Of a DNA stretch of 64,000 bases, positions 10,272-19,962 are shown in pieces; the stretch's first letter is position 1; every line of letters begins with the position of its first letter. The stretch lies in the NCBI GenBank assembly GCA_965198225.1, contig CBDAOY010000007.1, forward strand, positions 960,001 to 1,024,000. The letters run 5' to 3'. This stretch comes from Terriglobia bacterium. GTDB taxonomy: Bacteria; Acidobacteriota; Terriglobia; 20CM-2-55-15. The translations under genes and the position numbers were made by a program. The notes under the pieces are model-generated. The model made no database searches. It was not told the origin of the DNA and saw only the letters and a program-made list of their open reading frames with translations.

Positions 10272-10664
10272 TTACGAGTGGCGGTAGGGGGCCGAGTTGC
10301 GGTTTATGTGCCCTTGAGCTGTGCCGTTATCGTTGCGGTATTCACTGGGCGTAATCCCGTGTTCCCGTTTGAACATCCTCGAGAAGTATCGGAGGTCTCG
10401 ATATCCGAGTTTGTATGCGATTTCAGAGACTCTCAGGTTGGTCGACCGAAGCAGTATCTCCGCGATGCTTAACTTGACTCGCAGTCGGGCTTCCCGGAAA
10501 GAACTCCCGTGCAGACGTTTGAACTCGTGAGAGAAATGATTCGGACTGACGCTGAGAAGTTCTGAAGCGTCCTCCTGGCTCAGGTTCCCGTGAGTTGATA
10601 TCAGGGCCGTGAACACTTCTTCGAGACGTTCATCGCAGTCTACAAGTTGCAGAGTGAGTTCCAT
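10272..10664 (-). CDS. Stand-alone AraC-family HTH transcriptional regulator
   Basis: LSVSPNHFSHEFK and VSEIAYKLGYRDLRYFSRMFKREHGITPSEYR AraC signature. Start is uncertain (10664 or 10721). Confidence 0.88.
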   Translation of the reverse strand: MELTLQLVDCDERLEEVFTALISTHGNLSQEDASELLSVSPNHFSHEFKRLHGSSFREARLRVKLSIAEILLRSTNLRVSEIAYKLGYRDLRYFSRMFKREHGITPSEYRNDNGTAQGHINRNSAPYRHS

Positions 10665-11016
10665 GCCGGGCACCCTTGAAGGGCTATTCCTTGCACGGAG
10701 ATCCCCAGCCTGTAAGGTCAACAGATGGCTTAGTTAGCTTCTTGGCGGTGTCGGTGTGTCCTTGAGAAGCGCGACTAAGAATCGCGTTTGCTGAGACCTT
10801 CTGATTCCGTGGAGATTAGATATCTTGCGACACAGCCGATTGGCCGGGGTACGACCTGCCCGCTGTGGAGAAGACCCGTATTGCTGACTTTTGACCAGCC
10901 AACTTGTGGCTCCTGAAAGATCGGTTTGGCGAGAGTGGAGTTCTTCGGTGGCGGTGCGGGCACTTCAAATCTGAGAGTGTTGGGTCCACCTGCGACCTGA
11001 TAAGTGGAACAACGGC

Positions 11017-11943
11017 CTACGGACTACGGCCTACGTCTTGCCGCCTACGCACAACGTCCCGGGCATACAGCGCGGCACCGATAACGCCGGCGTCCGATCC
11101 AAGTTTTGCGGGGACGATCCGGCAGGCGTTGAAAGTCTCGGCGTAGGAGCGTCGACGGGTCTCTTCGATGGCGGGGTCGAACAACCATCGACCGGCGTTG
11201 GCTACGCCCCCGCCGATGACGATCATCTCCAGGTTCAGCGTGTTGATCAGGTTGGCGCACGCGAATCCCAGGAATTGGCCGGCCTCCTCGAGGACCCTCC
11301 TCGCCTCCGCGTTGCCCCGAGCCGCGGCCCTCACCAGGTCCTCGGCGCTCAGTTCACCGTCGGTTTTCACGCGATCGCGTGCTCGGGCGACGATCCCGGT
11401 CGCCGATGCACGGGTCTCCAGGCAGCCGCTACCGCCACAGGGGCAGGCGTAGCCGTCGGGTTCGACGACCATGTGGCCGACTTCGGCAGCATGTCCCCGG
11501 CTGCCTCCGTAGAGCTGACCGTCAAGGATCAAGCCCGAGCCGACGCCGGTACCCAGTGTCAGGCATGCCATGTACCGGACATCCGTAGCCGCGCCAACCT
11601 TGAATTCTCCCCAGGCGTTCATGTCCGCATCGTTCCGGCCGACGATCGGCAGCTGAATCCTTTCTCGGAGGAGAGCTTCCAGATTCTGTTTCACGAGGCA
11701 CGGAACGTTCGGCGAGGCTTCGATCAGCCCGGTCCTGGATCGCAACCCCGGAATGCCGATGCCGACTCCGTCGACCACGCTTTCAGCCGACAGCGTCGCC
11801 ACGAGCGACGACAGGTTCCCCAGCAGCGCGGCGATGTCGATCGCCTCGGTCGGACGACGAAGCGATTCGAGAACAACACCATCGCTGCCGACCCGTCCGG
11901 CCTTAATCGTGGTTCCCCCGATGTCGATCCCGATGTAGGACAT
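11017..11943 (-). CDS. ROK-family sugar kinase (glucokinase-like)
   Basis: IGIDIGGT, NDAD, LGTGVGSG, EVGH and CPCGGSGCLE motifs. Confidence 0.93.
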   Translation of the reverse strand: MSYIGIDIGGTTIKAGRVGSDGVVLESLRRPTEAIDIAALLGNLSSLVATLSAESVVDGVGIGIPGLRSRTGLIEASPNVPCLVKQNLEALLRERIQLPIVGRNDADMNAWGEFKVGAATDVRYMACLTLGTGVGSGLILDGQLYGGSRGHAAEVGHMVVEPDGYACPCGGSGCLETRASATGIVARARDRVKTDGELSAEDLVRAAARGNAEARRVLEEAGQFLGFACANLINTLNLEMIVIGGGVANAGRWLFDPAIEETRRRSYAETFNACRIVPAKLGSDAGVIGAALYARDVVRRRQDVGRSP

Positions 11944-11997
11944 AGGCGGTTCAATATACTACGTGTTACGAGTGCGACAGCCCTCGTCTTACCCGCG

Positions 11998-12026
11998 TTG
12001 ACTTCCCGCCGGGCCGGTCGTAACAT
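11998..12026 (+). promoter_or_regulatory. Putative sigma70 promoter for the rhodanese gene
   Basis: TTGACT-17 nt-TAACAT. Confidence 0.45.
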
Positions 12027-12248
12027 GGCCGGCGAGGAGAGGCGTTCAGGTCGGCAATCAGCCATCAGTGTTTAGCTATCAGCTCAATCGGATGCGACTA
12101 TCATCGCGTTCCCGAAGTAGCTCTCCGCGCAACGTGTCGTCAGCTGTTCGTAAGCTGACGGGCGCAGTCAGGCTGCAGCGACCCGGCATCGGAGCTCAAC
12201 CCTCAAACGCAAGGATCAAGCGTCCGAACACCAACCCGGAGGAGAAGA

Positions 12249-12692
12249 ATGAGCGTCAAACAGATCAATCCTGAGGAGGCCAGTGGATTCATGCAGGGCG
12301 ACAAGGGGGTCCTCTACATCGACGTTCGCACGGAACCCGAGTTTGAAAACGGCCATCCGCCAAACGCGATAAACATACCGGTGGTCTTTCCCGATCCGGC
12401 GACTCGTCAGATGACCCCGAATCCGGAGTTCATGAAAGTCGTGGAAGCGCACGTCGCGAAGGACAAGCCGGTCATCGTCGGATGCCAGATGGGCGGCCGG
12501 TCACAATACGCCGGAGAATTGATGGTGGGCGCAGGCTACACCGATGTCTCCAACATGCATGGGGGATTCGGGGGCGCTCGGGACCCGATGGGACAGATCG
12601 CCGCACCCGGTTGGCTTCAGATGGAGTACCCGGTGGAGAATCGGGTGGATGAGTCGAATAGCTACGCGGGGCTGAAGAAAAGTAGCCAGTAG
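12249..12692 (+). CDS. Rhodanese-like domain protein
   Basis: IDVRTEPEFENGHPPNAINIP and active-site loop CQMGGRS. Confidence 0.92.
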   Translation: MSVKQINPEEASGFMQGDKGVLYIDVRTEPEFENGHPPNAINIPVVFPDPATRQMTPNPEFMKVVEAHVAKDKPVIVGCQMGGRSQYAGELMVGAGYTDVSNMHGGFGGARDPMGQIAAPGWLQMEYPVENRVDESNSYAGLKKSSQ

Positions 12693-13550
12693 TCAGTAGT
12701 CAGTTGGGGTTGGCGAACCCGGCGCATCGTTTCTTTCCCGGAAGAATCTGGTCAAGAGTTTGAGTAACTGGGTCTCTGCTTTCTTTCCGGCTGCGAGGAC
12801 CTCGTCGTGGGTGATGGGGGACGCGTTTCGGTGGGCGGCGACATTGGACAGGACGGAGATAGCTGCCAGACGGATGCCCATGTGGTGGGCGACGATTGCT
12901 TCAGGGACGGTGGACATGCCGACGGCGGCGGCTCCGATCTTGCAAAGGAACTCGACTTCAGCCGGCGTTTCATACGTCGGCCCTGAAACCGCGGCGTACA
13001 CGCCTTCTCTCAGATGCACTCCCTCCAGCTCGGCTGCCCTCAGCATGCGATTCCGCAACGCTCGATCGTAGACTTCCCGTTGATCGAGGAACCGCGGTCC
13101 CCATCGTTCCTCGTTGACTCCGCGAAGAGGATTGGCGCCCAGCAGGTTGATGTGATCCGAGATCAGCATCAGGTTCCCGGGGGCGAAGTCTCGGGGTTTG
13201 AGGGAGCCGGCCGCGTTGGTCAGGACCAGTTCTTTTGTGCCGACCTTCCCGATCACGCGGATCAGGAAGGTCACCTCATCCATTCCGTACCCCTCGTAAT
13301 AGTGAATCCGCCCCGAAAAGATCCACAGATGGATTCCGCCGAGGCTGCCGAACACCAGACGGGCTGCGTGTCCCTCGACGCTGGAGGCAGGGAAGTGCGG
13401 TATGTCTCCATACGAAATCGACAACGGGCCTGGCACCAGTGTTTCCAGACCCGCGAGGCCGCTGCCGAGAACGAGCGCCGCGTCAGGTGCCTGACCCGAG
13501 CGCTCGAGTATGTATTCGGAAGCAGCTTCGACTCGTTCGTAGTTCGTCAT
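12693..13550 (-). CDS. punA: Purine-nucleoside phosphorylase (trimeric type)
   Basis: VLGSGL, GRIHYYEG, TNAAG, GPTYETPAE and VGMSTVPE motifs. Confidence 0.93.
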   Translation of the reverse strand: MTNYERVEAASEYILERSGQAPDAALVLGSGLAGLETLVPGPLSISYGDIPHFPASSVEGHAARLVFGSLGGIHLWIFSGRIHYYEGYGMDEVTFLIRVIGKVGTKELVLTNAAGSLKPRDFAPGNLMLISDHINLLGANPLRGVNEERWGPRFLDQREVYDRALRNRMLRAAELEGVHLREGVYAAVSGPTYETPAEVEFLCKIGAAAVGMSTVPEAIVAHHMGIRLAAISVLSNVAAHRNASPITHDEVLAAGKKAETQLLKLLTRFFRERNDAPGSPTPTDY

Positions 13551-13569
13551 TAGTCGTGGACCTGCCTAG

Positions 13570-13839
13570 CAGCCCGTGGCAGAACTCTGCAGGGTCGCGC
13601 GCAGGGGTCTTCGGGTTGCAGGCGCGAAGAGAGGAGCGGAGCGATGATCATTCATCGTGACCGACGAGCGACAAAGCCTGCGGGCCGACCCCCCCCTGCG
13701 CCCTTCGGGTTACGGCGAAACGGGGCCGTCTTCGTTGTCGCCGACTCCTCCCAATGAATGAGCATTGTTTCGTCCTCGCCTCCTAGAATCCGGCCCCGTT
13801 TGGCCGCAACGCGCCCCTGCAGAGTTCTGCCACGGGCTG
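13570..13839. mobile_element. 270-bp MITE with 25-bp perfect TIRs and a CTAG target duplication
   Basis: CAGCCCGTGGCAGAACTCTGCAGGG inverted at both ends; CTAG at 13566-13569 and 13840-13843; no transposase ORF. Confidence 0.88.
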
Positions 13840-15045
13840 CTAGAGGAGGATGCCTGCGATCGAAGCGGTCATCAGCGTAGCCATGGTTCCCGCCAGAAGA
13901 GAACGGAGGCCGAGCCGCGCCAGGTCGTGTCTCCGGTCCGGCGCGATGCCTCCAATACCGCCGATCATGATGCCGATCGAGCCGAGGTTCGCAAAGCCCG
14001 CCAGTGCGTAAGTCGCGATCGTGACAGAACGAGGATCCAGAGCGTCCGGGTTTCTCAGCATCTCTGTCAGGCTTGAATACGCGATGAACTCGTTCAGCAC
14101 GATCTTCTGTCCCAACAGGCTTCCTACCGAAACGATGTCGGGCGCCGGTACGCCTATGATAAAAGCAACGGGGGCGAAGAGGAATCCGAGTATCTGCTGC
14201 AATGAGATCCCCGCCAGGCCCAGGACCCCGTTAGCCATCGCGATCAGAGCGACGAACGCTATCAGCATTGCCGCGACGTTCAGTGCAAGACGCAGCCCGT
14301 CGGAGGCTCCCCGCGCGACGGCATCGATCACGTTCACGTCTCCCTGATCGAGGTCGAGTTGGACATTGCCCCGCGTCTGGGGTTCTTCGGTTTCCGGATT
14401 GAGGATTTTCGCGATCACCAGCCCGGCAGGAGCGGCCATCACGCTCGCTGTCAACAGATGACCCGCGCTCACACCCATCCGGATGTATCCGGCCATCACG
14501 CCCCCGGCGATCGTGGCCATCCCCCCTGTCATCAGGGCCATCATCTCCGACTGCGTCATCCTGCCGACGAACGGCTTGACGACGAGCGGAGACTCGGTCA
14601 TTCCCATGAATACGTTGGCTGCCGCGGCCAGAGACTCCGCACCGCTTGTTCGCATGGTCTTCGACATCAGCTTCGCGAAGACGAGCACGACCTTCTGCAT
14701 GATGCCCAGATGGTAGAGCACCGTGAACAAGGCGGAAGTGAATATGATGGTCGGCAGCACCTGGAACGCGAAAACAAGGCCGAAAGTGTCGACATCGGAA
14801 GCCAGGCGCCCGAAAACAAAGATCGCTCCTGCGTCGGCGAACGACAACATTCGCGTCACCGCTCGGCTGATGTTGTCGAACACGATCACCCCGGGGGATG
14901 TCTTGAGTATGAAAACGGCGAACCCGAACTGGAGCGCCAGGCCCCAGCCTACGATTCGAAAGTCGATGGCTCTCCGATTGTTGGACAATCCGTATGCTGC
15001 CAGGAGCATCAGGAAGAGACCGCCCACGCTGATGATGTTCGTCAT
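13840..15045 (-). CDS. nupC: Concentrative nucleoside transporter (NupC/CNT family)
   Basis: Multi-TM protein with FAFQVLPTIIF, ANVFMGMTE, GMATIAG, NEFIAY and FANLGSIGI motifs; next to the PNP gene. Confidence 0.93.
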   Translation of the reverse strand: MTNIISVGGLFLMLLAAYGLSNNRRAIDFRIVGWGLALQFGFAVFILKTSPGVIVFDNISRAVTRMLSFADAGAIFVFGRLASDVDTFGLVFAFQVLPTIIFTSALFTVLYHLGIMQKVVLVFAKLMSKTMRTSGAESLAAAANVFMGMTESPLVVKPFVGRMTQSEMMALMTGGMATIAGGVMAGYIRMGVSAGHLLTASVMAAPAGLVIAKILNPETEEPQTRGNVQLDLDQGDVNVIDAVARGASDGLRLALNVAAMLIAFVALIAMANGVLGLAGISLQQILGFLFAPVAFIIGVPAPDIVSVGSLLGQKIVLNEFIAYSSLTEMLRNPDALDPRSVTIATYALAGFANLGSIGIMIGGIGGIAPDRRHDLARLGLRSLLAGTMATLMTASIAGILL

Positions 15046-15120
15046 TGGTTCCTCACTTGGATGAACGAATCGAATTTTAGCCCGCGCCGGGCCCGCACGA
15101 TTGTATCGCCGAACCGCGAG

Positions 15121-15187
15121 TGTAGGTGCGCTCTATGAGCGCACGTGTTTCGGTTCGAAGAGCGTGCGGTCATGGACCGCACCTACA
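15121..15187. repeat. GTAG-type REP doublet
   Basis: TGTAGGTGCGCTCTATGAGCGCAC ... GTGCGGTCATGGACCGCACCTACA; same unit as at 16.5-17.2 kb and 27.0 kb. Confidence 0.85.
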
Positions 15188-15290
15188 CCGGCCAGTCATC
15201 GGCAGTCAGTTGTCAGTCAGGGTCTCTTGCTGACTACCGACTACTGACTACTGACAACTACAGGTCCGAAGGACCGGTTATAATTCCCCG

Positions 15291-15824
15291 ATGGAAGCCA
15301 GCGTCGAAGGAGTCCGAATCTCCATCACCAAAGGCGACATCACCGAAGTCGAGACCGATGCTGTTGTCAACGCGGCGAACAACCACTTCTGGATGGGTGG
15401 CGGAGTTGCCGGTGCACTGAAGCGGGCCGGTGGGGGTAACATCGAGACCGAAGCGATGAGCAAGGGGCCGGTGCCGGTCGGACAGGCTGTGGTGACCGCT
15501 GCGGGCACACTACCGGCACGCTACGTCATCCACGCGGCTGTAATGGGCCAGGACCTGGCGACAAGCAGTGACGCGATCCAGGAGGCGACGCGCAGCAGCC
15601 TCGAGCGTGCCGAAGCCCTGAAGATAAAAAGCATCGCGTTTCCCGCTTTCGGAACCGGTGTCGGCGGGTTCCCCCCTGAAGAATCGGCGGTGGCGATGAT
15701 CGGCGCGAGTGTGGACTTTCTCAAATCAGTCCCCGTCAGGCTCGAGTGCGTCGAGTTCGTTCTGTTTTCGGACGAGTTACGCCAGGCGTTCGAGAAGAAA
15801 CTGGCGGCCCTACTGCCCTCTTAG
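15291..15824 (+). CDS. Macrodomain protein (ADP-ribose binding/hydrolase, YmdB-like)
   Basis: GDIT, VNAAN, GGGVAGA, VIHA and PAFGTGVGG motifs. Confidence 0.93.
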   Translation: MEASVEGVRISITKGDITEVETDAVVNAANNHFWMGGGVAGALKRAGGGNIETEAMSKGPVPVGQAVVTAAGTLPARYVIHAAVMGQDLATSSDAIQEATRSSLERAEALKIKSIAFPAFGTGVGGFPPEESAVAMIGASVDFLKSVPVRLECVEFVLFSDELRQAFEKKLAALLPS

Positions 15825-15870
15825 TAAAGCGCTGCGGTTCGGTTTCATGACGAGGAGGAGTGCTGAACGC

Positions 15871-16236
15871 ATGTTCTGTCCAAGCTGTGGTTCGGAATAC
15901 GTTGAAGGAATCGTCAGGTGTGCGGACTGCGATGTCGATCTCGTCGCACAGGCACCGAACGTGGAATCTGGCGCCGAACCGCTTTGTCTGGCTAGGATAT
16001 GCGGGCCGACGGACGCCCCGATGATCGAGGAATTGCTCAAGAACAACAACATCGATTCGGTCGTTCAGGGAGAGAGGTCGGCGGCTACGATTCCTGCTGC
16101 CGGTGAACTGACAGAGGTTCGGGTCTGGGTGCGCGAGCGGGACCTGGCCAGGGCAAACGAACTGATCGAAGCTTTCTTTTCCGACAACGCCGAAATTTCC
16201 GAAGATCCGAACCCGGAAGATGAGGAAGTGACTTGA
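15871..16236 (+). CDS. Zn-ribbon plus DUF2007 (PII-like) domain protein
   Basis: MFCPSCGSEY..CADC, IEELLKNNNI and VRVWV..DLARA motifs; RBS GAGGAGGAG. Confidence 0.8.
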   Translation: MFCPSCGSEYVEGIVRCADCDVDLVAQAPNVESGAEPLCLARICGPTDAPMIEELLKNNNIDSVVQGERSAATIPAAGELTEVRVWVRERDLARANELIEAFFSDNAEISEDPNPEDEEVT

Positions 16237-16271
16237 GGACGCCATCGGACAATTTGCTAAACTGATCTGGT

Positions 16272-16406
16272 ATGGATAGTTTCACGCTAGCCGTCGTTAT
16301 CGGAGTAGTCGGCATCGTCGGAGTCCTCATCCTCCTTGTCGCGATAGACAAGGGAGCTCCGGAACCGACCGGCACCACGAAACCACGCGGTAAAAAGTCT
16401 GCCTAG
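16272..16406 (+). CDS. 44-aa single-pass membrane microprotein
   Basis: MDSFTLAVVIGVVGIVGVLILLVAIDKGAPEPTGTTKPRGKKSA*: one TM helix followed by a basic tail. Confidence 0.6.
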   Translation: MDSFTLAVVIGVVGIVGVLILLVAIDKGAPEPTGTTKPRGKKSA

Positions 16407-16528
16407 GGCATCGCGAACCTGACCCGTCACTCATCCCTATGACTACGGGTAGCCTGTTTCCCGGCACCAGTGACGACACTGGAATATGGCGTGTCGACAC
16501 GGCTGGCTCGGTCTATCCCTTGAATAGC

Positions 16529-17227
16529 GTAGATGAAGGCAAGTGTAGGTGCGCTCTGTGAGCGCACATCCGACGAAACAGAACAACTGTGCGGTCATAG
16601 ACCGCCCCTACACCGGCCGGTCAGCACACCCTTGCCGGACACTTGGCTGAGAGATTTCCGCGGTTGGCGGAGATGTAGGTGAAGGCAAGTGTAGGTGCGC
16701 TCTGTGAGCGCACATCCGACGAAACAGAATAATGTGCAGTCATAGACCGCCCCTACACCGGCCGGTCAGCACACCCCTGCCGGACACTTGGCCGAGAGAT
16801 TTCCGCAGTTGGCGGAGATGTAGGTGAAGGCAAGTGTAGGTGCGCTCTGTGAGCGCACATCCGACGAAACAGAACAACTGCCACTCCGATATCCGACGAA
16901 ACAGAACCTGTGCGGTCATAGACCGCCCCTACACCGGCCGGTCAGCAGACCCCTGCCGGACAACACTGGCCGAGAGATTTCCGCAGTTGGCGGAGATGTA
17001 GGTGAAGGCAAGTGTAGGTGCGCTCTGTGAGCGCACATCCGACGAAACAGAACAACTGTGCGGTCATAGACCGCCCCTACACCGGCCGGTCAGCAGACCC
17101 CTGCCGGACAACTTGGCTGAGAGATTTTCGCAATTGGCGGAGATATAGGTGAGGGCGAGTGTAGGTGCGCTCTATGAGCGCACATCCTGCGAAACAGAAC
17201 AAAGTGCGGTCATAGACCGGACCTACA
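16529..17227. repeat. Tandem REP-doublet array (BIME/REPIN-like), 5 doublets, period about 146 bp
   Basis: TGTAGGTGCGCTCT(G/A)TGAGCGCAC starts at 16544, 16690, 16835, 17013 and 17160, each followed by an inverted REP and a near-identical linker. Confidence 0.92.
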
Positions 17228-17228
17228 C

Positions 17229-17378
17229 CTACTGATTACTGGAATCCTCCGCCTCCTCTATCAAGGCCCGCAGTTCCTCGATCCGCCGATCCAGTTCCTT
17301 CTGCTTTCGGGACATCAACATCGTGTAGGCGAAGATGGCGACCCAGAAGACGGTATAGGCGGCGACGACCCAGCTCAT
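17229..17378 (-). CDS. ccmD: Heme exporter protein CcmD
   Basis: 49 aa MSWVVAAYTVFWVAIFAYTMLMSRKQKEL...; ATGA-coupled to ccmC. Confidence 0.8.
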   Translation of the reverse strand: MSWVVAAYTVFWVAIFAYTMLMSRKQKELDRRIEELRALIEEAEDSSNQ

Positions 17379-18049
17379 TGCGACATCACCACCTGTTCGA
17401 AGTAGGCGACTTGTTGATCGGCCCGTTCGACAGCCAGGCGCTTTCTCAGCAGGAAGACGAAGAGCAGGAGAAACGCCGCCATGCTCACCGCAAGGGCCAG
17501 CGCGATCGCCGGGTCCGCCCCTGAACCATCCCCCCCCGCGATAACAGGGGCGGGATGCTGCGTGCGCCACCAGCGGATGGCCATGTAGTTGATCGGAACG
17601 TCGACGGACCCGAGAATCCCGAACACGGCCTGGAGACTCGCTCGTTTCGTGGGATCGGCGACGTAGGCTCCCAGCATCAGGTAGGAAACGAAGATGAGTG
17701 CCAGGAGCAGCTGCAGGGTCAGCCGCATGTCCCAGGTCCACCAGATTCCCCAGATCGGCTTGGCCCACAACATGCCCATCAGGATATTGGCTCCGGCAAA
17801 CACGACACCGACTTCCGCCGAGCAGTAGGCCAGGCGATCCCATTTGCTGTCCCGGCTGAACAGGAACATGATGCTCCCGACTCCGACCGTCAGGAATGCA
17901 ACGTAGGAGGTGATGCCTGCGGGCACATGGAAGTAGAAGATCCGCTGAACGATGCCCATCGTCGCTTCGGTCGGCGCGAAGATGAACGCGGCGAACATGG
18001 CCGCCGTCATGCCCACCAACGTTGCGATTCCGATAATCCGATCTGTCAT
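17375..18049 (-). CDS. ccmC: Heme exporter protein CcmC
   Basis: RIFYFHVP, WAKPIWGIWWTWDMRLT (WWD domain) and WRTQHP. Confidence 0.95.
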   Translation of the reverse strand: MTDRIIGIATLVGMTAAMFAAFIFAPTEATMGIVQRIFYFHVPAGITSYVAFLTVGVGSIMFLFSRDSKWDRLAYCSAEVGVVFAGANILMGMLWAKPIWGIWWTWDMRLTLQLLLALIFVSYLMLGAYVADPTKRASLQAVFGILGSVDVPINYMAIRWWRTQHPAPVIAGGDGSGADPAIALALAVSMAAFLLLFVFLLRKRLAVERADQQVAYFEQVVMSQ

Positions 18050-18051
18050 TG

Positions 18052-18717
18052 TTACTCTTCCACCACGTAATCGAAGAGGAGATAGGAGACGACGAAAAAG
18101 ATAATATCAAACCCGATCAGCAAGTTCATCCAGGAGGACAAGCCTTCGCCTTCGTCGGTGAGCACGGCGACAGTCGCGGCGACTGCGGCAAGAATCATCG
18201 GTAACGTCAACGGGATCTGAAGAACCGGAAGCATCACCTCGCTCATGCGGGTGTTCGAAGAAATCACCGACAGAATCGTTCCGACAGTCGCAAAACCGAA
18301 CGTTCCCAGTACCGCAATCAGGACGAGCCAGAGTATTTCTGTTTCGAGTCTAAGGTCGTAGAAGACGATGAACAGCGGCAGAATTACAGCGTCGGCGACG
18401 AGCATGAAAAGAAAATTGCTCAAAACCTTGCCGATGTAGAGGTTTCCCCGACTCACCGGCGCCAGGAGCAGTCCCTGCAGGGAGTCGTTGTCCAGGTCGA
18501 TCGCAAGAGAGCGGTTCAGGCCGATCATGCCGGCGAAAATCAGGGCAACCCACAGGACCCCCGGCGCGATAAACAGGCTCTGAGCCCCGCTCGGTTCGAA
18601 TGCAAAGTTGAAGATCACCGTGACCAGAAGTCCGAACATCATCATCGACGTTACGGATTCCTTCCTTCGGAGTTCAACGGCGACGTCTTTGGCGACCAGA
18701 GCTAGAAGCTGCTTCAT
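18052..18717 (-). CDS. ccmB: Heme exporter protein CcmB
   Basis: Six-TM protein with PGVLW and LPVLQIPL motifs, between ccmA and ccmC. Confidence 0.92.
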   Translation of the reverse strand: MKQLLALVAKDVAVELRRKESVTSMMMFGLLVTVIFNFAFEPSGAQSLFIAPGVLWVALIFAGMIGLNRSLAIDLDNDSLQGLLLAPVSRGNLYIGKVLSNFLFMLVADAVILPLFIVFYDLRLETEILWLVLIAVLGTFGFATVGTILSVISSNTRMSEVMLPVLQIPLTLPMILAAVAATVAVLTDEGEGLSSWMNLLIGFDIIFFVVSYLLFDYVVEE

Positions 18718-19430
18718 GGCTTTGCACCGGTACGAATGTACCGATCGTAAGCTTCTCGTACAGACGCATCTCTCGAACTGCCGGAATAGACGATCCGGCC
18801 CCTTTCGATGATGTGAACCTCGGTGGACGCGCGCAAGCCGCGGTCCAGGTCGTGCGTCGTCATCAGGACGGTCCGTCCTTTCGCCACGGCTTCGTCGAGC
18901 ATGGTGTTGAGGATCTCGACGGCGTGGGCGTCCAGCCCGGTGTATGGCTCGTCGAGCATCAAGAGAGAAGGGGTATGGAGCATGACGCGCGCCAAGCCGA
19001 CGCGTTGCTGCAGACCCCGGGAGAACGACCTGACGGGGTCGTTCTTGCGTCGGGCGAGTCCGACGCGTTCGAGCAGGTTGTCGAGATGGTCCTCCCCGCC
19101 GTCTACCCCATAGAGTCGCGAGAAGAAACGAAGGTTCTCCTTGGGGCTCAGATCCCGATAAACGTAGGTGTTGTGAGAGAGGAATCCCAGCCTCCGGCGG
19201 GCCTCCTCGGGATCTTCCAGGATGTCGAAGCCGTGGATTCGCAGGTTGCCTCCGCTCGGTCGAGCCAACGTCGCAGCGACCTTCAGAAAAGTCGTCTTGC
19301 CCGCACCGTTCCGCCCGAACAACGTCACGAAGGCTCCGGCCGGTACCCGAAGGGAGACTCCTCGCAGCGCCGGAAAATGGCCGTATTTCTTCGTAATCTG
19401 TTCAGCCTCGAGGGCGAATTCCGTGCTCAT
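18714..19430 (-). CDS. ccmA: Heme ABC exporter ATPase CcmA
   Basis: GRNGAGKT, FSRGLQQR and LDEPYTGLD motifs; operon context. Confidence 0.92.
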   Translation of the reverse strand: MSTEFALEAEQITKKYGHFPALRGVSLRVPAGAFVTLFGRNGAGKTTFLKVAATLARPSGGNLRIHGFDILEDPEEARRRLGFLSHNTYVYRDLSPKENLRFFSRLYGVDGGEDHLDNLLERVGLARRKNDPVRSFSRGLQQRVGLARVMLHTPSLLMLDEPYTGLDAHAVEILNTMLDEAVAKGRTVLMTTHDLDRGLRASTEVHIIERGRIVYSGSSRDASVREAYDRYIRTGAKP

Positions 19431-19569
19431 CTTACAAAACGTCGGAAGCCGTGAAGAAGTGACAAGTGACGAGTGACAAGTGACGGGTCGGAGGGTGTTT
19501 TCTTACTCGTCACTTGTCACTCGTCACTGCTCTCGGACCGCTATTGCGTGGGATTCGGCGAAGGAAAGA

Positions 19570-19962
19570 CTACGCGCGGCTCTTCGATGCCTTCTGGCCC
19601 TTCAGCTTCTCGATCACGCGCGCCAGTTGTCCACGCTTTTCCTTCATCCGCTTCTTGTACTGACCACCACTGATGGTACCCGATTCCCGTGCCATTTCGA
19701 GTTTCGTGATTTGGTCGAGGAGAGATTCTTTGAGCCGGAGGAGTGTTTCAAGCGCCTTCTTCCCGCCCGCACGTTCCTTCAACAGCTGGATCGAGTAGCT
19801 CGCGGCCCAGGCCAGAAAAGCGAAAGTGATCAGGATGATGAAGACGGTGTGGGTGGCCATCGGGTTGGGAACCGAGATTGGCCCCCTCTGGGCCCGGGCG
19901 GGCAGAGCGATGACGAAGATGGCAGCAGGTATCAGTAGCCCGCGGCCTACCAGGTACCGCAT
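19570..19962 (-). CDS. Membrane hypothetical protein in the ccm operon
   Basis: MRYLVGRG.. with signal/TM segments and a LLDQITKLE...G.IS..QY helical motif; coupled to the upstream gene. Confidence 0.7.
   Translation of the reverse strand: MRYLVGRGLLIPAAIFVIALPARAQRGPISVPNPMATHTVFIILITFAFLAWAASYSIQLLKERAGGKKALETLLRLKESLLDQITKLEMARESGTISGGQYKKRMKEKRGQLARVIEKLKGQKASKSRA

Noticed and set aside
11017-15824. Novel ADP-ribose or defence system from the macrodomain with PNP, NupC and ROK genes
   Set aside because: All are ordinary housekeeping families, with no ADP-ribosyltransferase, sirtuin or toxin partner nearby.
16529-17227. CRISPR array
   Set aside because: The intervening sequences are near-identical rather than unique spacers, units are about 146 bp, no cas genes are present, and the same REP doublet occurs singly elsewhere.
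17379-18110. N-terminal extension of the 293-aa ORF 17229-18110, and likewise of 19570-20334
   Set aside because: The extensions overlap ccmC or the Zn-ribbon gene in another frame; only the C-terminal parts are plausible genes.
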